DNA of 64,000 nt from Callorhinchus milii (taxonomy: Eukaryota). A program made the position numbers and the translations under genes. The stretch spans positions 64,358,001 through 64,422,000 of the forward strand of contig NW_024704743.1 in assembly GCF_018977255.1 (NCBI RefSeq), in the 5' to 3' direction. Every line of letters begins with the position of its first letter. The first letter of the stretch is position 1. The notes beneath the pieces are model-generated. The model saw only the letters and a list, made by a program, of their open reading frames with translations. It ran no database searches and was not told the DNA's origin. Below are positions 52,263 through 64,000 of the stretch, in pieces.

Positions 52263-54124
52263 AAATGCCCGGCATTTAACATTTTTGCCCTGTTCCAGAA
52301 AACACTTCTAGCAGTGAATGTTTTTTGGTGAATTAAACAGAATAAAATAATTCCCAATACTGTATTTCAACAACAACAACAACAAGATTCCATTTATAGA
52401 GCGCCTTTCACATCGGAAAGACGTCCCAAGGCGCTGTACAGTTGGGTCAGGACCCGAGCAAGAGGGAAATGATCAGGGTGAGGGGAGGGAAGGGAGGGAG
52501 CGAGGAGGGGGTAGAGTTCTCAGTAAATAGACACCTTCTATTGTTTCTCCTCACAAGACTGCAGCCCAAAATGCAGACTGGACCTGATTTTGATCTCTGA
52601 AAGCTCTGCGCCAGTTGTATGTGTCCCAACGAATGGAGAAATATTCTTTTGAGAAGAGAAATGTCAGGTTATATTTGCTTATAGGGAAAACAAACAGATT
52701 AAGATTCTTCTCCAGGGAAGAAACTCTGGGAGGCAAGTTTCATTGCCTAATATCAAATGTTTTACGTTGTACGTGCAAAAAGAAGTGTACTTGTCATTCA
52801 ACAGGCTAGCTAAATTTACTTGATATTTCATAACTCTTTTTCATGTTACCTTGGAAACAGATTTGCAGTTGCTGCCCTAGCCTCTACGTCTGTAATCTTC
52901 TGAAACTTCTGAAGTGCTTTGTTTCTTGGAAATAGCTGAGAAGCTCAATTATGCTGGATTTGAATCCCAAAGGATTCCCTTAGCTTCTTAAGACCAGTAC
53001 CATAGCTTCATGGTAGTGGAATAAGGGTAGTCTTCCTGCAACTGAACTGCATTTGTGGTACTTGGCTCTGCTACTTCTGGTACCTCACGCATGGAACCAT
53101 TCATCTGCTTCCCAGTCATGCAAAAGGCATTGTTTGTGGTGAGCCAATACAATTCATTCATGAGACTTGGAGATGTAGATATATCCTCAACCCTGTAAGA
53201 CAAAGCCATGTCAACTAGGGTGGTCCTAGCAGGACAAGTATCATGAAACTCACCACTCACTTGGTAACCTATACCAACTTAATTTGTCCTTATTTGCTTT
53301 GCTACAAACACAGTATAGACCATTCAGTCCCCCCAATTGTATATTAGATGATAGCAGATCTTTTAATCCCAGTTCCGCCAAAAAATGATTGTAAACCAAA
53401 GCTTTGTTTTTTGCCAAGTTTTCCCCCCAATTCTTCAGTGCTCCTCTTATAATGATACTGGCTGACTTTTGTCACCCTGTTCATGGTGATCTATTACAAT
53501 CACCCAAGTAAACATTCTTCGTGAAGGTATAAGGGTAGTTATGCCAGGTGCGTTCCAAGCTCTCCATATCCCCTCCAGTACACAACTGGTCTTGTTGAGG
53601 CCATCCTGTGATGTTTGTTAAGTGTGTGGGATACAATACCTATAACTGAATCTGCTCCCTTGTTGCTCTGACACCCAATTCTCCTTCTCCACACACTACA
53701 CATCCCACACTTTCCATCCACTTGGATAGCATAGGAAAATAAGATGTGTCATATTACAAGAATTAAAGGGGGAACAAATAAATCTACATCCTGAGTATAT
53801 AGTAACTCCTGAGGTACGTGGTATAAATTATATCATGATATGTGATACATCAAAAAGAGTCAGCTACAGGGGTCTGGGTAAACAGCAGGTAAGTGGGACT
53901 GAAAGGATTACTCTTGAGAGAACTGGCCCAGAAAGGTTGGGCTGAATGGCCTTTTGTGCCATAGATATTTTTGTTTTTATGATTCTTTGTTTTGAGTAGA
54001 AATTAATGAACCTACCTTTGGTGACCATAAAGCCAGATCTGAGGCACTTGTCAAAACAAATCATGCCAATGAAAACTGGCTTCTGCTCTTTGTGTGAAGC
54101 TTACTTAGTTTGTAGTACTGTTTA

Positions 54125-54645
54125 GTGGTCACCTGCGGGGTACCTCAAGGCTCCATCCTTGGCCCCCTTCTATTCCTCATCTATATGCTCCCTCTCGGTG
54201 ATGTCATCCGCAGATACGGGGTTAACTTCCACATGTATGCGGATGACACTTAACTCTACTTCTCCTCCTCCAGCTGCAACCCCCAATCCTCTGGTGTTCT
54301 GTCAGCTTGTCTGACAGGCATCAAGGCCTGGATGACCGCAAACTTTCTCCTATTTCTCCAAACTCCTCTCTTCTCACGGCACTATCTGCTGCCTCCATTC
54401 TACTGGCTCCAGCCTCCCCCTTGTCCCTTGAATCCTCTGCTCCACCATCGGTGGCTGTACCTTCAGCCCCGAAGCTATGGAACTCCCTTTACCTTGCCCC
54501 CTTTTTCCCCATTTACAGGTTGTACTTGAAGACCTTCCTCTTCGACCGTTCCTATGGTTACCTTCTGCCTTCCCCTGACTCAGCATCAGGCTCCGCCATT
54601 GTTAAGCACTATACATGCCCAGCGCTATATAAATGAAGTTGTTGT
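54125..54645 (+). mobile_element. L2 LINE 3' fragment (RT core to 3' end, internally deleted)
   Basis: Translates [41 protein letters not shown]; ends CGCTATATAAATGAAGTTGTTGT. Confidence 0.88.
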
Positions 54646-54659
54646 ATGCTTACCTATGA

Positions 54660-54906
54660 GGCAGAAGATATTGGGTTCAAGCCAAGATTTGAGCATGAAG
54701 TTTAGATTGACAATAAAGTATAGAAGTATAGAAGATGGAGATTCCATCTGTCGGATGAGACTCTCTTTGTTTAAGTGGGTGTTAAAAAGCCGTTCACACT
54801 ATTCAAAAGAGAAGGGAGTTTCTCCCAATGTCCAGGTAAGAATCCTCTAGAGAGATTTGTTATTCACCTGAAGGCTATTCGGGGTCTTTGGGCAAATTTG
54901 CTGCTG
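54660..54906 (+). mobile_element. Deu-domain SINE fragment
   Basis: GGGTTCAAG...GGATGAGAC...CACTATTCAAAAGAGAAGGGAGTTTCTCCC. Confidence 0.6.
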
Positions 54907-55078
54907 AGCTCATCTAGTAAATACACAGAGTGACAGAGCAACGTGCCCTGGCCCAGCCAACCAGTTAAAACTAGTGAAATGCTTATGCTTTAGTATATGA
55001 TACATTACGTTTCGCTGCCTCCCCTTATGGTTATGACATTCATTTAACATTTTGCCTTTTCTTTTCTTTTCACTACAG

Positions 55079-55213
55079 CATATGCATGACCTTACACAGC
55101 ACTTATACCTGACCTCACATGTGAATAAATTAGTGAAGACATACAGCGGTGGCACAAAGAGAAAGCTCTCGACAGCTATTGCTTTGATTGGCAAACCTGC
55201 AGTGCTTTTACTG
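55079..55213 (+). CDS. ABCA13: ABCA13 window exon 28 (NBD2 signature [12 protein letters not shown])
   Basis: ctacag acceptor; gtgagt donor. Confidence 0.95.
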
Positions 55214-55853
55214 GTGAGTACTATGGTTTATTAATACCTGCTTCTGATCAAGGATTACCACAGTCCACAAATCTCTGCTGGGACATAATTAAAATCTATA
55301 TCATTAAGTACTATTGGGTATAATTTGTGGTGTTCAGTAAATTAGCACCGCTGTAAATTATCATCATAATTTGCAGCATTCACTGTGAAACTAATATTGC
55401 AAGATTCACACCAAACATAGTGTAATCCATTAGGTTTCAGGCAGATTCCCCCATTTTTACTGCCCATCCCATTCTCACCACCATTATCCTTGAAGCAAAT
55501 TTTGATTTTTCGATTTGTTTCGATTTTATAAAGTAGCCCCCAGCTAAGAATGCTAAGGTTTTTTTTCTGTTTAATAGTTTATTTTATACATTGGATCTGT
55601 TGAAGAGTGGCAAAATTCGCACTCTCCATGGGCCAGAAATATTTTTTCTCCACTAATAATCAAAACCTAGTGGAGTCTATATGATAAAATTCCTTACTTA
55701 CCAATAAGCCCCAGTGAAATTTTTTTTATTTTTAACGATTAGGGTATGTTGGGCTACTTGATGGACTAAATTCATTTTTGTGTCTTCATTTGTAATTAAT
55801 GTCAGAAAATTACTTGGAACAATGTTTAAGCGTTTTGGTTCTTTAAATTTTAG

Positions 55854-55957
55854 GATGAGCCCAGTTCTGGAATGGATCCTGAATCCAAGCGCTACCTTTG
55901 GAAGACAATAATACGTGAAGTGGAGACTGGGTGTGCAGCAGTCCTGACATCTCACAG
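55854..55957 (+). CDS. ABCA13: ABCA13 window exon 29 (DEPSSGMDP...AVLTSH)
   Basis: ttttag acceptor; gtacac donor. Confidence 0.95.
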
Positions 55958-56112
55958 GTACACATCGATGAGTAAAGTTGTGAGAACAACACCCAGTTCC
56001 CAGTTTTGATTAAGAATTCCAGAAAATAAGACCGAATTTAAGAATTTTCCCCCAATTCTGCATAATCTTAACATTTTAAGACAATGTGTTTTTAAAGGAT
56101 AAGACTTGAGTT

Positions 56113-56665
56113 TTTTTGGGGGGTCAGCTGAATGTTAGACACATGTGGACACCCATCACCAAACTGAGAATTCCATGCATCCCATCTACACAAGTGATTC
56201 CAGAGTTAGATTGTTGGAATGGAATGCGTACTCTCTCTGGAGGAATGCATCTTACTTACCTAATTCCGGAAAGCATTAGGCGCAGGTTGGCAAGAGCGAA
56301 GGCTTGGAGACCTTAAGAGTGTGTGTTCAGGTACTGCTGAAGTCTTCAACCAGCTAAAACCATGTAGCTTGCCATTGAGAGAAGACTGTTAAACTGTCCT
56401 GCTGCTTGTCCACCTAGGACCACCCTATCTGTCAGGGCTTTGGCTTGCAGGATTAACAGGAGCTGAGTGGAAAAAATCCCTGCTCCCATGGTTAGCCTTT
56501 CCAAATCTTGCTGATGAGCCATCAACAGTGCCCTGGAGTACTCTGGACTTGCCTGGCTCAGGAATTGGACTACCAAGACCGGCACAGAAGGTTGGCTTGA
56601 ATCTCACATTCCGTTGCCAAACATATCATCTTGGAGACAGTTCAGCTCCAAGGAATCACTGGTTG
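56113..56665 (+). repeat. Unclassified interspersed repeat family X, copy 3 (end fragment also at about 16070-16130, minus)
   Basis: Same motifs in the same order. Confidence 0.85.
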
Positions 56666-57119
56666 TCTCCCACCCAAAACTAGGGGAGGGAGAGGTAAGC
56701 AAGGAAGAGAGTAAGACTGAATGTAAGTTTGGGCCTTAGATGTCTCATTTTTCACATTTTGGGCATGTTTACAAAGTTTGTGCAGAGGAAGTGCCTTTGC
56801 TTTGTAGTTTAGGAGTCTTTAAATCACAACTTATCAAAAACGAAAAGACATGCATGAATTTTGGATTGCACATTGTGTCAGTCAAGCCACACAGTATCTT
56901 TTGGTAGTCAAATTGCCAGCAATACCTATTTCATTGACTGCTGGTTGATGGGAAAGTGAGAGTCATTGGGTATGTATTAAATTCATTATTTGAAAATCCT
57001 TTCATGAATCCTCCATATTAGTTCTCATTATATCACATACACACTCTGTACACAAGTGAGTTACACAGAAACCAAAGCCAAACCTAGAGAATTGTATACA
57101 GTTCTGGTCAATGCAGGAT

Positions 57120-57510
57120 AGGAGAATGAGCTATGAACAATAAGTAGACAAGCTAGGGCTCTTCTGTCTTGAGAGAAGACGACTCAGAGAGAACCCTATA
57201 GAGGTGTATTCAATTTTAAATAGGATTGAGAAAGTAAACTCAGAACAATACTTTAGGATCCACCAAGGCATTAGAGCAAGAGGCCATTGGTTTACAGTGG
57301 CAATGGACGACTTCAAAAAAGAAACTAGAAAGGTTTCCTTCATCCAGAGGATAATTAATGACTGGAACAGGTTGTTAGCAAGGGTGGTTGAGGCCAGGAC
57401 ACTGGGCTCATTTAAAAAACAGCTTAATGCTGTGACTGTGACAGTAGGATGGGTATTCTGATACAACAAGATCAAAGGGCCTTTTTCATCCAAAGTGATC
57501 TTGTGATTGC
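57120..57510 (+). mobile_element. CR1 3' fragment
   Basis: LGLFCLERRRLR, RARGH, FIQRIINDWNRL remnant; similar decayed 3' pieces at about 1215-1620, 7480-7710, 15360-15680 and 47990-48295. Confidence 0.78.
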
Positions 57511-58333
57511 ACTTCACTTCACATTATTTTGCGCTCCGGGACGCTACCCTGGGTGAAGGGCGCTATATCATGCAAGTTGTTGTTGTTGAATTTTACACAT
57601 TTTATCTGTTTTCACCTTCAGTCATGTGATGTGACCGTTACTGTTGTGGTGTTGCTGTTCCACTGTCGTGACACTTCTCCTTTGCAGATCAACAAATAAA
57701 ATTACTGTTTTCATAGTTTTGCTACAAATACATTCATCTTAATAAATATTCAGAATGCTTAGCATTTTATAATTTACTTGAAGTGTAAAATAAATTTGCT
57801 TTGGATCATAATTTTAATATAACTTCATACTTCATTGAAGCTGTACCCAAGGTCTCGGGACTAATGGACTGTAACGGAAGTAATTGTCGGTGAGGTTAAT
57901 GTACTCTGTGTTTTAATGGTAAATGTCCACTCCTCCGAGTTGCCCTCTGCAGCAATTACCCCTGTAATGTTGGTTTGATATGTATTTAATGGACATGTCA
58001 GTTAAGGCTGGAAACAGTGTTCAAACCCACTACCGTGGGAACACAATTGGGATATCTTCCTGACGTGTATAAGGCACCATACAAACGTAATTTTCATGTT
58101 GTTGTCACAATGATGCCATCATTGTTCGCCACTTCTGCCATCAGTGGCACACTCTCCTCACAGGTTTGACTTGAGTCCACCATGATTGAAAATCCAATTT
58201 AACCCATATTATACCTTGAACATTGATTTTTTTTCACAAAAATTCTATCTCCAGCAGTCTATGTTTCTTTTGTTGCCTGCCATGTTAGGGTCTGTTCTGA
58301 TCCTGACAATCTGTTTTTGTTTGTTTAATTCAG

Positions 58334-58426
58334 CATGGAGGAATGTGAGGCCTTGTGCACCAGGCTTGCGATCATGGTGAATGGGACCTTTAAATGTCTT
58401 GGTTCTCCTCATCAGATAAAATACAG
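58334..58426 (+). CDS. ABCA13: ABCA13 window exon 30 ([31 protein letters not shown])
   Basis: attcag acceptor; gtaaag donor. Confidence 0.96.
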
Positions 58427-58638
58427 GTAAAGTTCACTTCCATGAGAGTTTGAAACTAGATGAACTACTCATTGCTTCAAGAACACGAGATAGCATGGAA
58501 TATATAGCATGGATAGCATGGAACCCATTTGTTAACTAATTTCATTCAAACATTAAATAATTGTTTGCAAATAGAAGGTTTTGAAATTTGTAGCATATTT
58601 TCAGCTTTTCATAACCTTGTGCTTTATTCCTTGTTTAG

Positions 58639-58744
58639 GTTTGGTGCAGTTTATTCAGTTAAAGTGAGACTCAGTCGAGAAGTAGCTGACTCAACACAAC
58701 TCACTGACCTGCTGCATTTAGAGTTCCCAGGTGCCAGCTTAAAG
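58639..58744 (+). CDS. ABCA13: ABCA13 window exon 31 (RFGAVYSVKV...FPGASLK)
   Basis: gtttag acceptor; gtacat donor. Confidence 0.94.
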
Positions 58745-60204
58745 GTACATTGTAGAGTCATAGAAATTACACTACAGAAGGAGGCGATTTGGCCCATCGA
58801 GCCTGTCCTGTTTCTAGTTCCTCCATGGGAGCTAACTATTCTTACTGTAATTCCCTGCTCCTTTTTGCTCTGTACTTTATATTGGTGAATGCCTGATGAA
58901 CACATCTCTGAAAAACAGCAGTTAGAAAGGTTTGCAATATATATTGGAGAACATAGAGCAACAGCATCCTTTTGTTGGCATAGCATCATAGAAATGCACG
59001 GTGGAGAAGGAGGCCATTTGGCCCAAAAGATTTCTACGTGTAAAATAACTATAATTCTAGGAGAGAATTGTAATGTAAACATTCAGATAAAATTGTTGTA
59101 CTTCTGATCTTCAAAGGAATAATAAGAACTCAATAACAGCTTGAGCTCCCCGGTTAGCACAGACCAATTTTTATTCAGGGGTTATTTTGTTGAAAAGTAT
59201 CGCAGTTCAATTCAGCGAAGTTCTTCTAGCGATGATGCAAAATCAATAAGTAAAGGTTACAAGTCATGTGGCATTTTATTTTTGGTTTGGATCATGTCAT
59301 GGATAAACAAAGACATTCAGAAACCTTCACTAAAAATATCCTCCATCTCTTTAAAGAGAACATGTTACACGAAAAAGAAATCCTTGAAATGACACAAATT
59401 CATAAAGTTGGCATTTTATAGGTATTGATGCTGAAAGCTTTAGTAGGATAAGCAATTATGGGTTCTCGTTGAGTGTTGAGCTGCTTGAATTGGTTGAATT
59501 TGAACTGTGAAACCAAAGCAGCGTGAAACTAACTTCATGATTTTCTTTATGGAGAGAATACTGGATACTTGGATGTGATTGCCAGGTAGTTGTCTGATCA
59601 AGATTTTTCAGAAGCTATTTATACTCACTATCATAACTCGATTCCACTCTGCTTTAGTATTGTGTTGGGGGTGGGGGTGAGATGCAACTTTGCTGGTTAT
59701 CACTGGCAATTTCTGCTTTAAAGACTGAAGTTAAACCAATTATTAGAGAACTGAGACTGAGTCTGTAGGGAGCAGGTTGAATGATTTCAAAAAGTGGTTG
59801 AATGATTTCAAAAATCCAACCATAATAATATTCCTTGCATTTGATATAGTGCTTTATCACTTCATCAAGACACCTCAAAGTGCTTCACTGGATATATTAT
59901 AAAGTGCAGTCATTGGGTGTGTTTTGTGGGCAATGCAACAACTTGCATTCATGCAGCTCCCTTCACACAGGGCAGTGTCCCAGAGCAGCCAATTTGCAAT
60001 AGCAATGACCTACAAAGTGAATGACCAATTTTATTTTGGGGATTGTTGGCCAGAATACCAGGAGAAACTGACTTCTTTCAACAACAAGAACAACAAGAAG
60101 CATATATATAAAACATCTTTTGTGTAATCCATCAGCTCAAATTGCTTGACAAATGAAATGGTGTGTTTGGAAATAAGAGATTTAAAGTATCACTATTGAC
60201 CAAA

Positions 60205-60580
60205 GTCCTGTAGCTTAGTGGTTAGATCACTCACCTCGCAAACCAGAAGACCTGGTTCGATTCCTGGGCAGGCAGGGCGAAACATTGGGCAAGTTTCCTT
60301 ACTTCACATGACTCTGTTTACCTAGCAGTAAGTAGGAACCCGGTTGTAAGTCAATTGGCGGATCGCTGTTCCGGGGATAATAATCCAATCAAAAAAATAA
60401 TGATTTGGTTACTCAATCCATGACCGTTTGGGAACACTGCTGTGCACAATTGGCTGTCGCGTTTTGCCTACAAAGTATACAGTCAATTCACTTTACAGTG
60501 TATTCTGTGAAGCGCTTTGGGAAGTGTAGAAGATGTGATAAGGTGCTATATCAAATGCAAGGATTATTATTATTATTATT
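60205..60580 (+). mobile_element. tRNA-Ala SINE (long form)
   Basis: Head, ~63-nt long-form segment at 60314-60376, (ATT)n tail. Confidence 0.9.
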
Positions 60581-61206
60581 AAAGACGTGTTTTAAGAGAT
60601 ATTTATCTAGTTACTATCTGAGCAACATGGACTGAGGGAGCCTGAGTTAAGATGTTAGGAATGTTAGTATTGGCCCGAGATCGCCTGGGTTATGAAAGTG
60701 AAAATCATTGCATGTTCCTGCGCCTGCTGGAGGTGCACATATGCTGACATCGGCTGACATTGTTCAAGAGGAGAGACACTGAAGATATTGGCTTCTAACA
60801 GATTGCCTCAATATTGTCAAAATCACCACATGTAATGCTGACAGGAATTTCAGCTCTCAGGTGATGGCAGCACTTGGCTCACCTGCGATGCACTCTCCAG
60901 TCGGATAACATAGCAACATTCACACATGAATAATGACCATTTGTATGTACCAGAGGTCAACTGTTGTCATTAGAAAGAAACAAAGGAGTCCAGCCCCTTC
61001 AGCAGAGGAAAGGAGGGGAGAAATTTGGCAAAACATTTGAAAAAAGGATTCTTTTCCTGAAGGAGAGAAGTTTTATGGATGTCTGTGCTGCATGGCGTAA
61101 GGACATTTTATCAGCTTGTGATTTAGTAGCTGAATGCTGGAATGATGAAGGGGAAACAGTAAGTTTTCTGCTGTATGATTTACGTCACTTTGTTTCTTTG
61201 TTCCAG

Positions 61207-61344
61207 GAACAGCACCAAAGTTCCCTGGAGTTCCAGGTGCCACAGAAGAAAGGAGACCTAGCAAAGATGGTCAAGTTTCTTGAAAGCAACAAACAGGAGT
61301 TAAAAATCGACCACTACTCCATCAGCCAAACTACTCTAGACCAG
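61207..61344 (+). CDS. ABCA13: ABCA13 window exon 32 (R2: ...HYSISQTTLDQ)
   Basis: ttccag acceptor; gtacag donor. Confidence 0.95.
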
Positions 61345-62379
61345 GTACAGTATGAAGCCTTGTTTCATACGTGACGCTTGGACCCACAACCTTCTGACTC
61401 AGGGGCGAGAACGCTACCTGATACATCTTGCCACTGACCAATGTGTTAAAATATATGATGGTTCAGAATTGTCGATAATTCTTAAATGCAGTCTGAATTT
61501 GCACAGAAGAAGATAATTTTGTGAACCTCCTCCAGAATTCCAATTTGACACAATATCTTGCCTAGACAGCATTGGAGTTGACAGATTGGAGTGTCAGGTA
61601 GCAGAATACAGGAGAGTTGGAGTACTGAGCTAACCTAGTATCCCATGAGGTGAAACTGAGCGATAGCACTCTAGGGTCAGCAGCAACAATCCTGGCCTCT
61701 CGGTGCATAAAAGTGACGGGGTGAAAATCTAATTTTATGTACTGATGGAGATCTGCAGTTTTAGGCTCTCTTCCCCACTGAGTTTGGCTGGTGATCAATG
61801 CACATCAATGGGGACTGGCACTTCAGAGCAGCCTGTGAGCTGATCTGAAACTACCTGCCCCCTGAAAAACAACACCAACTAATTAATGTAACACTGTTCC
61901 TCCGTGTCCCTGCCAGCTACACCCTAAACAAACAAAAGGTGTTGACTACAGCACACTGCGCAATTTTAAGATCACAACTGCACGTGGAGACTGGACTTGA
62001 AGTGCAATATGTGACAGGAATGCAGTGAATGGTGTAGAACCCTAATCTCACAAAACCACGTTGCCAGGCACTGCGCCAGAAGTCACCAAGTCGTTTTTGA
62101 TAAAGAATTACAGAAAAATTCCACCATGATGACACCATAGAAAATTAAATCCTAACAAAGAAAATTAAATCGCTTTAAGTGACAATCTAGTCAGGATTCA
62201 GATGACACTTGTGGTCTTGAGCACTCATCTAAATCCCTTGATTTAATTATGAGCATGCCACTCCTTCTCAGCAATCCATTATTCATTGTTTCTTTTTAAT
62301 TATGTACATTGTTAAATGTATGATAACATTAATCTCGTACCTGTCTGGAGATTAATAACCTGTCTCTTTGGTTCATTAG

Positions 62380-62457
62380 GTGTTTATTAACTTTGCTCGT
62401 CAGCTGGAGGAACCTCTGGATCTAACAGAAAACACAGAAACCAATCCACTTGTGTAG
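62380..62457 (+). CDS. ABCA13: ABCA13 last coding exon (VFINFARQLEEPLDLTENTETNPLV*)
   Basis: cattag acceptor; VFxNFA C-terminal ABCA motif; TAG at 62455-62457. Confidence 0.93.
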   Translation: MFINFARQLEEPLDLTENTETNPLV

Positions 62458-63352
62458 TTCAGTGAAGAATCCGAAAAGGAAGCATACAAAAAAATGACTG
62501 CTTAAGATTCAAGCTCATTTGATTCTTCCTTATGTTGTGTTACAAATTAGAGAGCTCAGGTTTTGATGAGCATGAAAATACCTCAGAATTCTCCCTGATG
62601 TTTTCAGAAATCTATTCGTCAATCATTTTATTAGTGTTATGTTAATATAATAATTATTGCATTTTCCATATTAGAGCATTTTCTTTATAATATAAAAATT
62701 TCAATGAATTTTGCACTCATAGATTTGAGGTATGTTACTGCTTAGGGAACGGTCACCTTTTCCATTCCAGGCATCCAATGTCAACACCAAAAACTCAAGG
62801 GTCAGATGGAAGAATGCTGTTGGCTGCAAAGCAAAGCTCGCTGGACTTTGGCTTCAAAATGTGCCACAACCAGTTTTCCACTCTCTGCACCAGCCACACT
62901 ATGGTTCTCTCTAAATGAGATTGCCAATTTTTAAGTGATAATCAAGACTTGGATTGAGACTGACCTAACATTTAAAAAAAAGCCTAATTATCTTGTGATC
63001 TTGTATAACTTGCAGGTGTTTCTTTGACTTTTGTAAAATGAAACTAAGTGGAAGAATGTTGCTGTTTATACCTTTGAATTAATTCAATTTTTATTTTCTC
63101 TTACTAAATTTCTTTTTGATAAAATTTAGCAATCGGTTGGATGCCATGACTGGCATTTAAAGAATCTAATTCTTACAAAGATGGGAGGGAGGGAGTAGTG
63201 CATAATTCCAAATTATATTATTCCAAATAATGTAATAATCAAAAAAATTATTCCGATTACAAGACTTGTTTAATTGATGAATTGAAGAAAATTGTGTGCA
63301 TTTTGTAAAGTGTAAAGTACATCAAATTTAGACATCAAATAAGACTTTCAAA

Positions 63353-63363
63353 AATAAAATAAA
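63353..63363 (+). promoter_or_regulatory. Candidate polyadenylation signal (two overlapping AATAAA) for ABCA13
   Basis: AATAAA at 63353 and 63358, followed by T/GT-rich sequence, about 0.9 kb after the stop. Confidence 0.5.
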
Positions 63364-64000
63364 ATTTAATTTTGTTCAAGGGCATTGCCAAATGATTTGT
63401 GTTTACGGCTAAACTGACAAAAACAAAGTATAAATGTTATTATGCGTACCCGCATTTGTAGTTTTTGTTCTGCTTTTAAATTTGTACTGGTCACATATTA
63501 CTGGCTACCAATATTGTTCATTTTTATGTTCTTCAACACAATTGAGCCTTTCGCTGTTTTAAGTATTGCCAACAAAATACATAGTCATTACATTTTACGG
63601 TAAAGTCCTATGAAGAACTTTAAGACATCCTCCCAACGTGAAAACCGCTACATCAAAAGCAAGGATTTTTATAAAACTGAACAATGACCCCTTGGCCAGT
63701 TACATTGCAGCTGCCAATTACATTGCAGCTGACCTGACAGCATATTATACGTGAAATTCATATATTTTGTAGTAACTTGCATAAATGAGCTGAAATAGTT
63801 TATCTGAAATCACTTTTAAAATATGTAAACTATTTATAAAATAAGATCAGTCTTCAAGATCTGAATGAAATATGTTCCTCTGAAAACTATTACGGTCATT
63901 ATCCTTTTAAAACTATCCTCTGCAGTGATGTGAAAATAGATTAATTAACATTTCGCTGATGGTCCTTTTGCTGTTTCAGTTTTGTGTCAATGTTGAGCAA

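Larger units (their letters stand above)
144..62457 (+). other. ABCA13: ABCA13-like ATP-binding cassette subfamily A transporter gene, 3' portion (33 exons in window, 5' end upstream)
   Basis: 33 exons with AG/GT boundaries and consistent phases, 5003 nt total, ending in TAG. Two NBDs with Walker A, signature, Walker B and H-loop. ABCA13-type segments: FRYNRIFIPLQDMIERAIIQMQTG, KRFHHTRRDWKG..LLLPVLFVTLAMALF, RLGGWSFG, VFINFA. Paralog call (ABCA13 vs ABCA12) is from recalled sequence similarity, not a search. Confidence 0.9.

Noticed and set aside
59776..59812. Short direct duplication GGTTGAATGATTTCAAAA x2 (a similar one at about 63699-63732)
   Set aside because: Ordinary slippage-type duplication with nothing further to support function.
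62440..62457. C-terminal PDZ-binding motif like that of ABCA1
   Set aside because: The protein ends NPLV; position -2 is Pro, not Ser/Thr, so it is not a canonical class I motif.
62458..64000. A second gene downstream of ABCA13
   Set aside because: AT-rich UTR-like or intergenic sequence with a SINE tail fragment; no convincing exon on either strand.

Overview
Eukaryotic, AT-rich, repeat-dense vertebrate DNA. The repeat complement (CR1 and L2 LINEs, Deu-domain and tRNA-Ala SINEs) suggests a cartilaginous fish, possibly a holocephalan; this is an inference. The window holds the 3' part of one + strand gene, an ABCA-subfamily full transporter best matching ABCA13. I traced 33 GT-AG exons (144..62457) whose phases chain into one open frame of about 1,666 aa: end of ECD1, TMD1, NBD1, R1, ECD2/TMD2, NBD2, R2, stop. 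The 5' part of the gene lies upstream of the window. Introns contain a 4.5-kb 5'-truncated CR1 LINE carrying two nested SINEs, many CR1/L2 fragments, at least three SINE-like families, a Tigger-like MITE nested in a CR1 fragment, an unclassified ~550-bp repeat with an inverted pair, and several minisatellites. Best leads: (1) a textbook antisense Pol II core promoter (GC box, TATA at -30, Inr, 34-nt exon, GTAAGT donor) next to a 27-bp VNTR in the intron after window exon 21; (2) a CR1 ORF1 esterase with catalytic Ser and Asp replaced by Glu and Lys; (3) the inverted pair of the unclassified repeat. No prokaryotic-type system such as CRISPR is present. Most ORF-track entries are spurious or repeat-derived. 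Repeat boundaries are read by eye and approximate.
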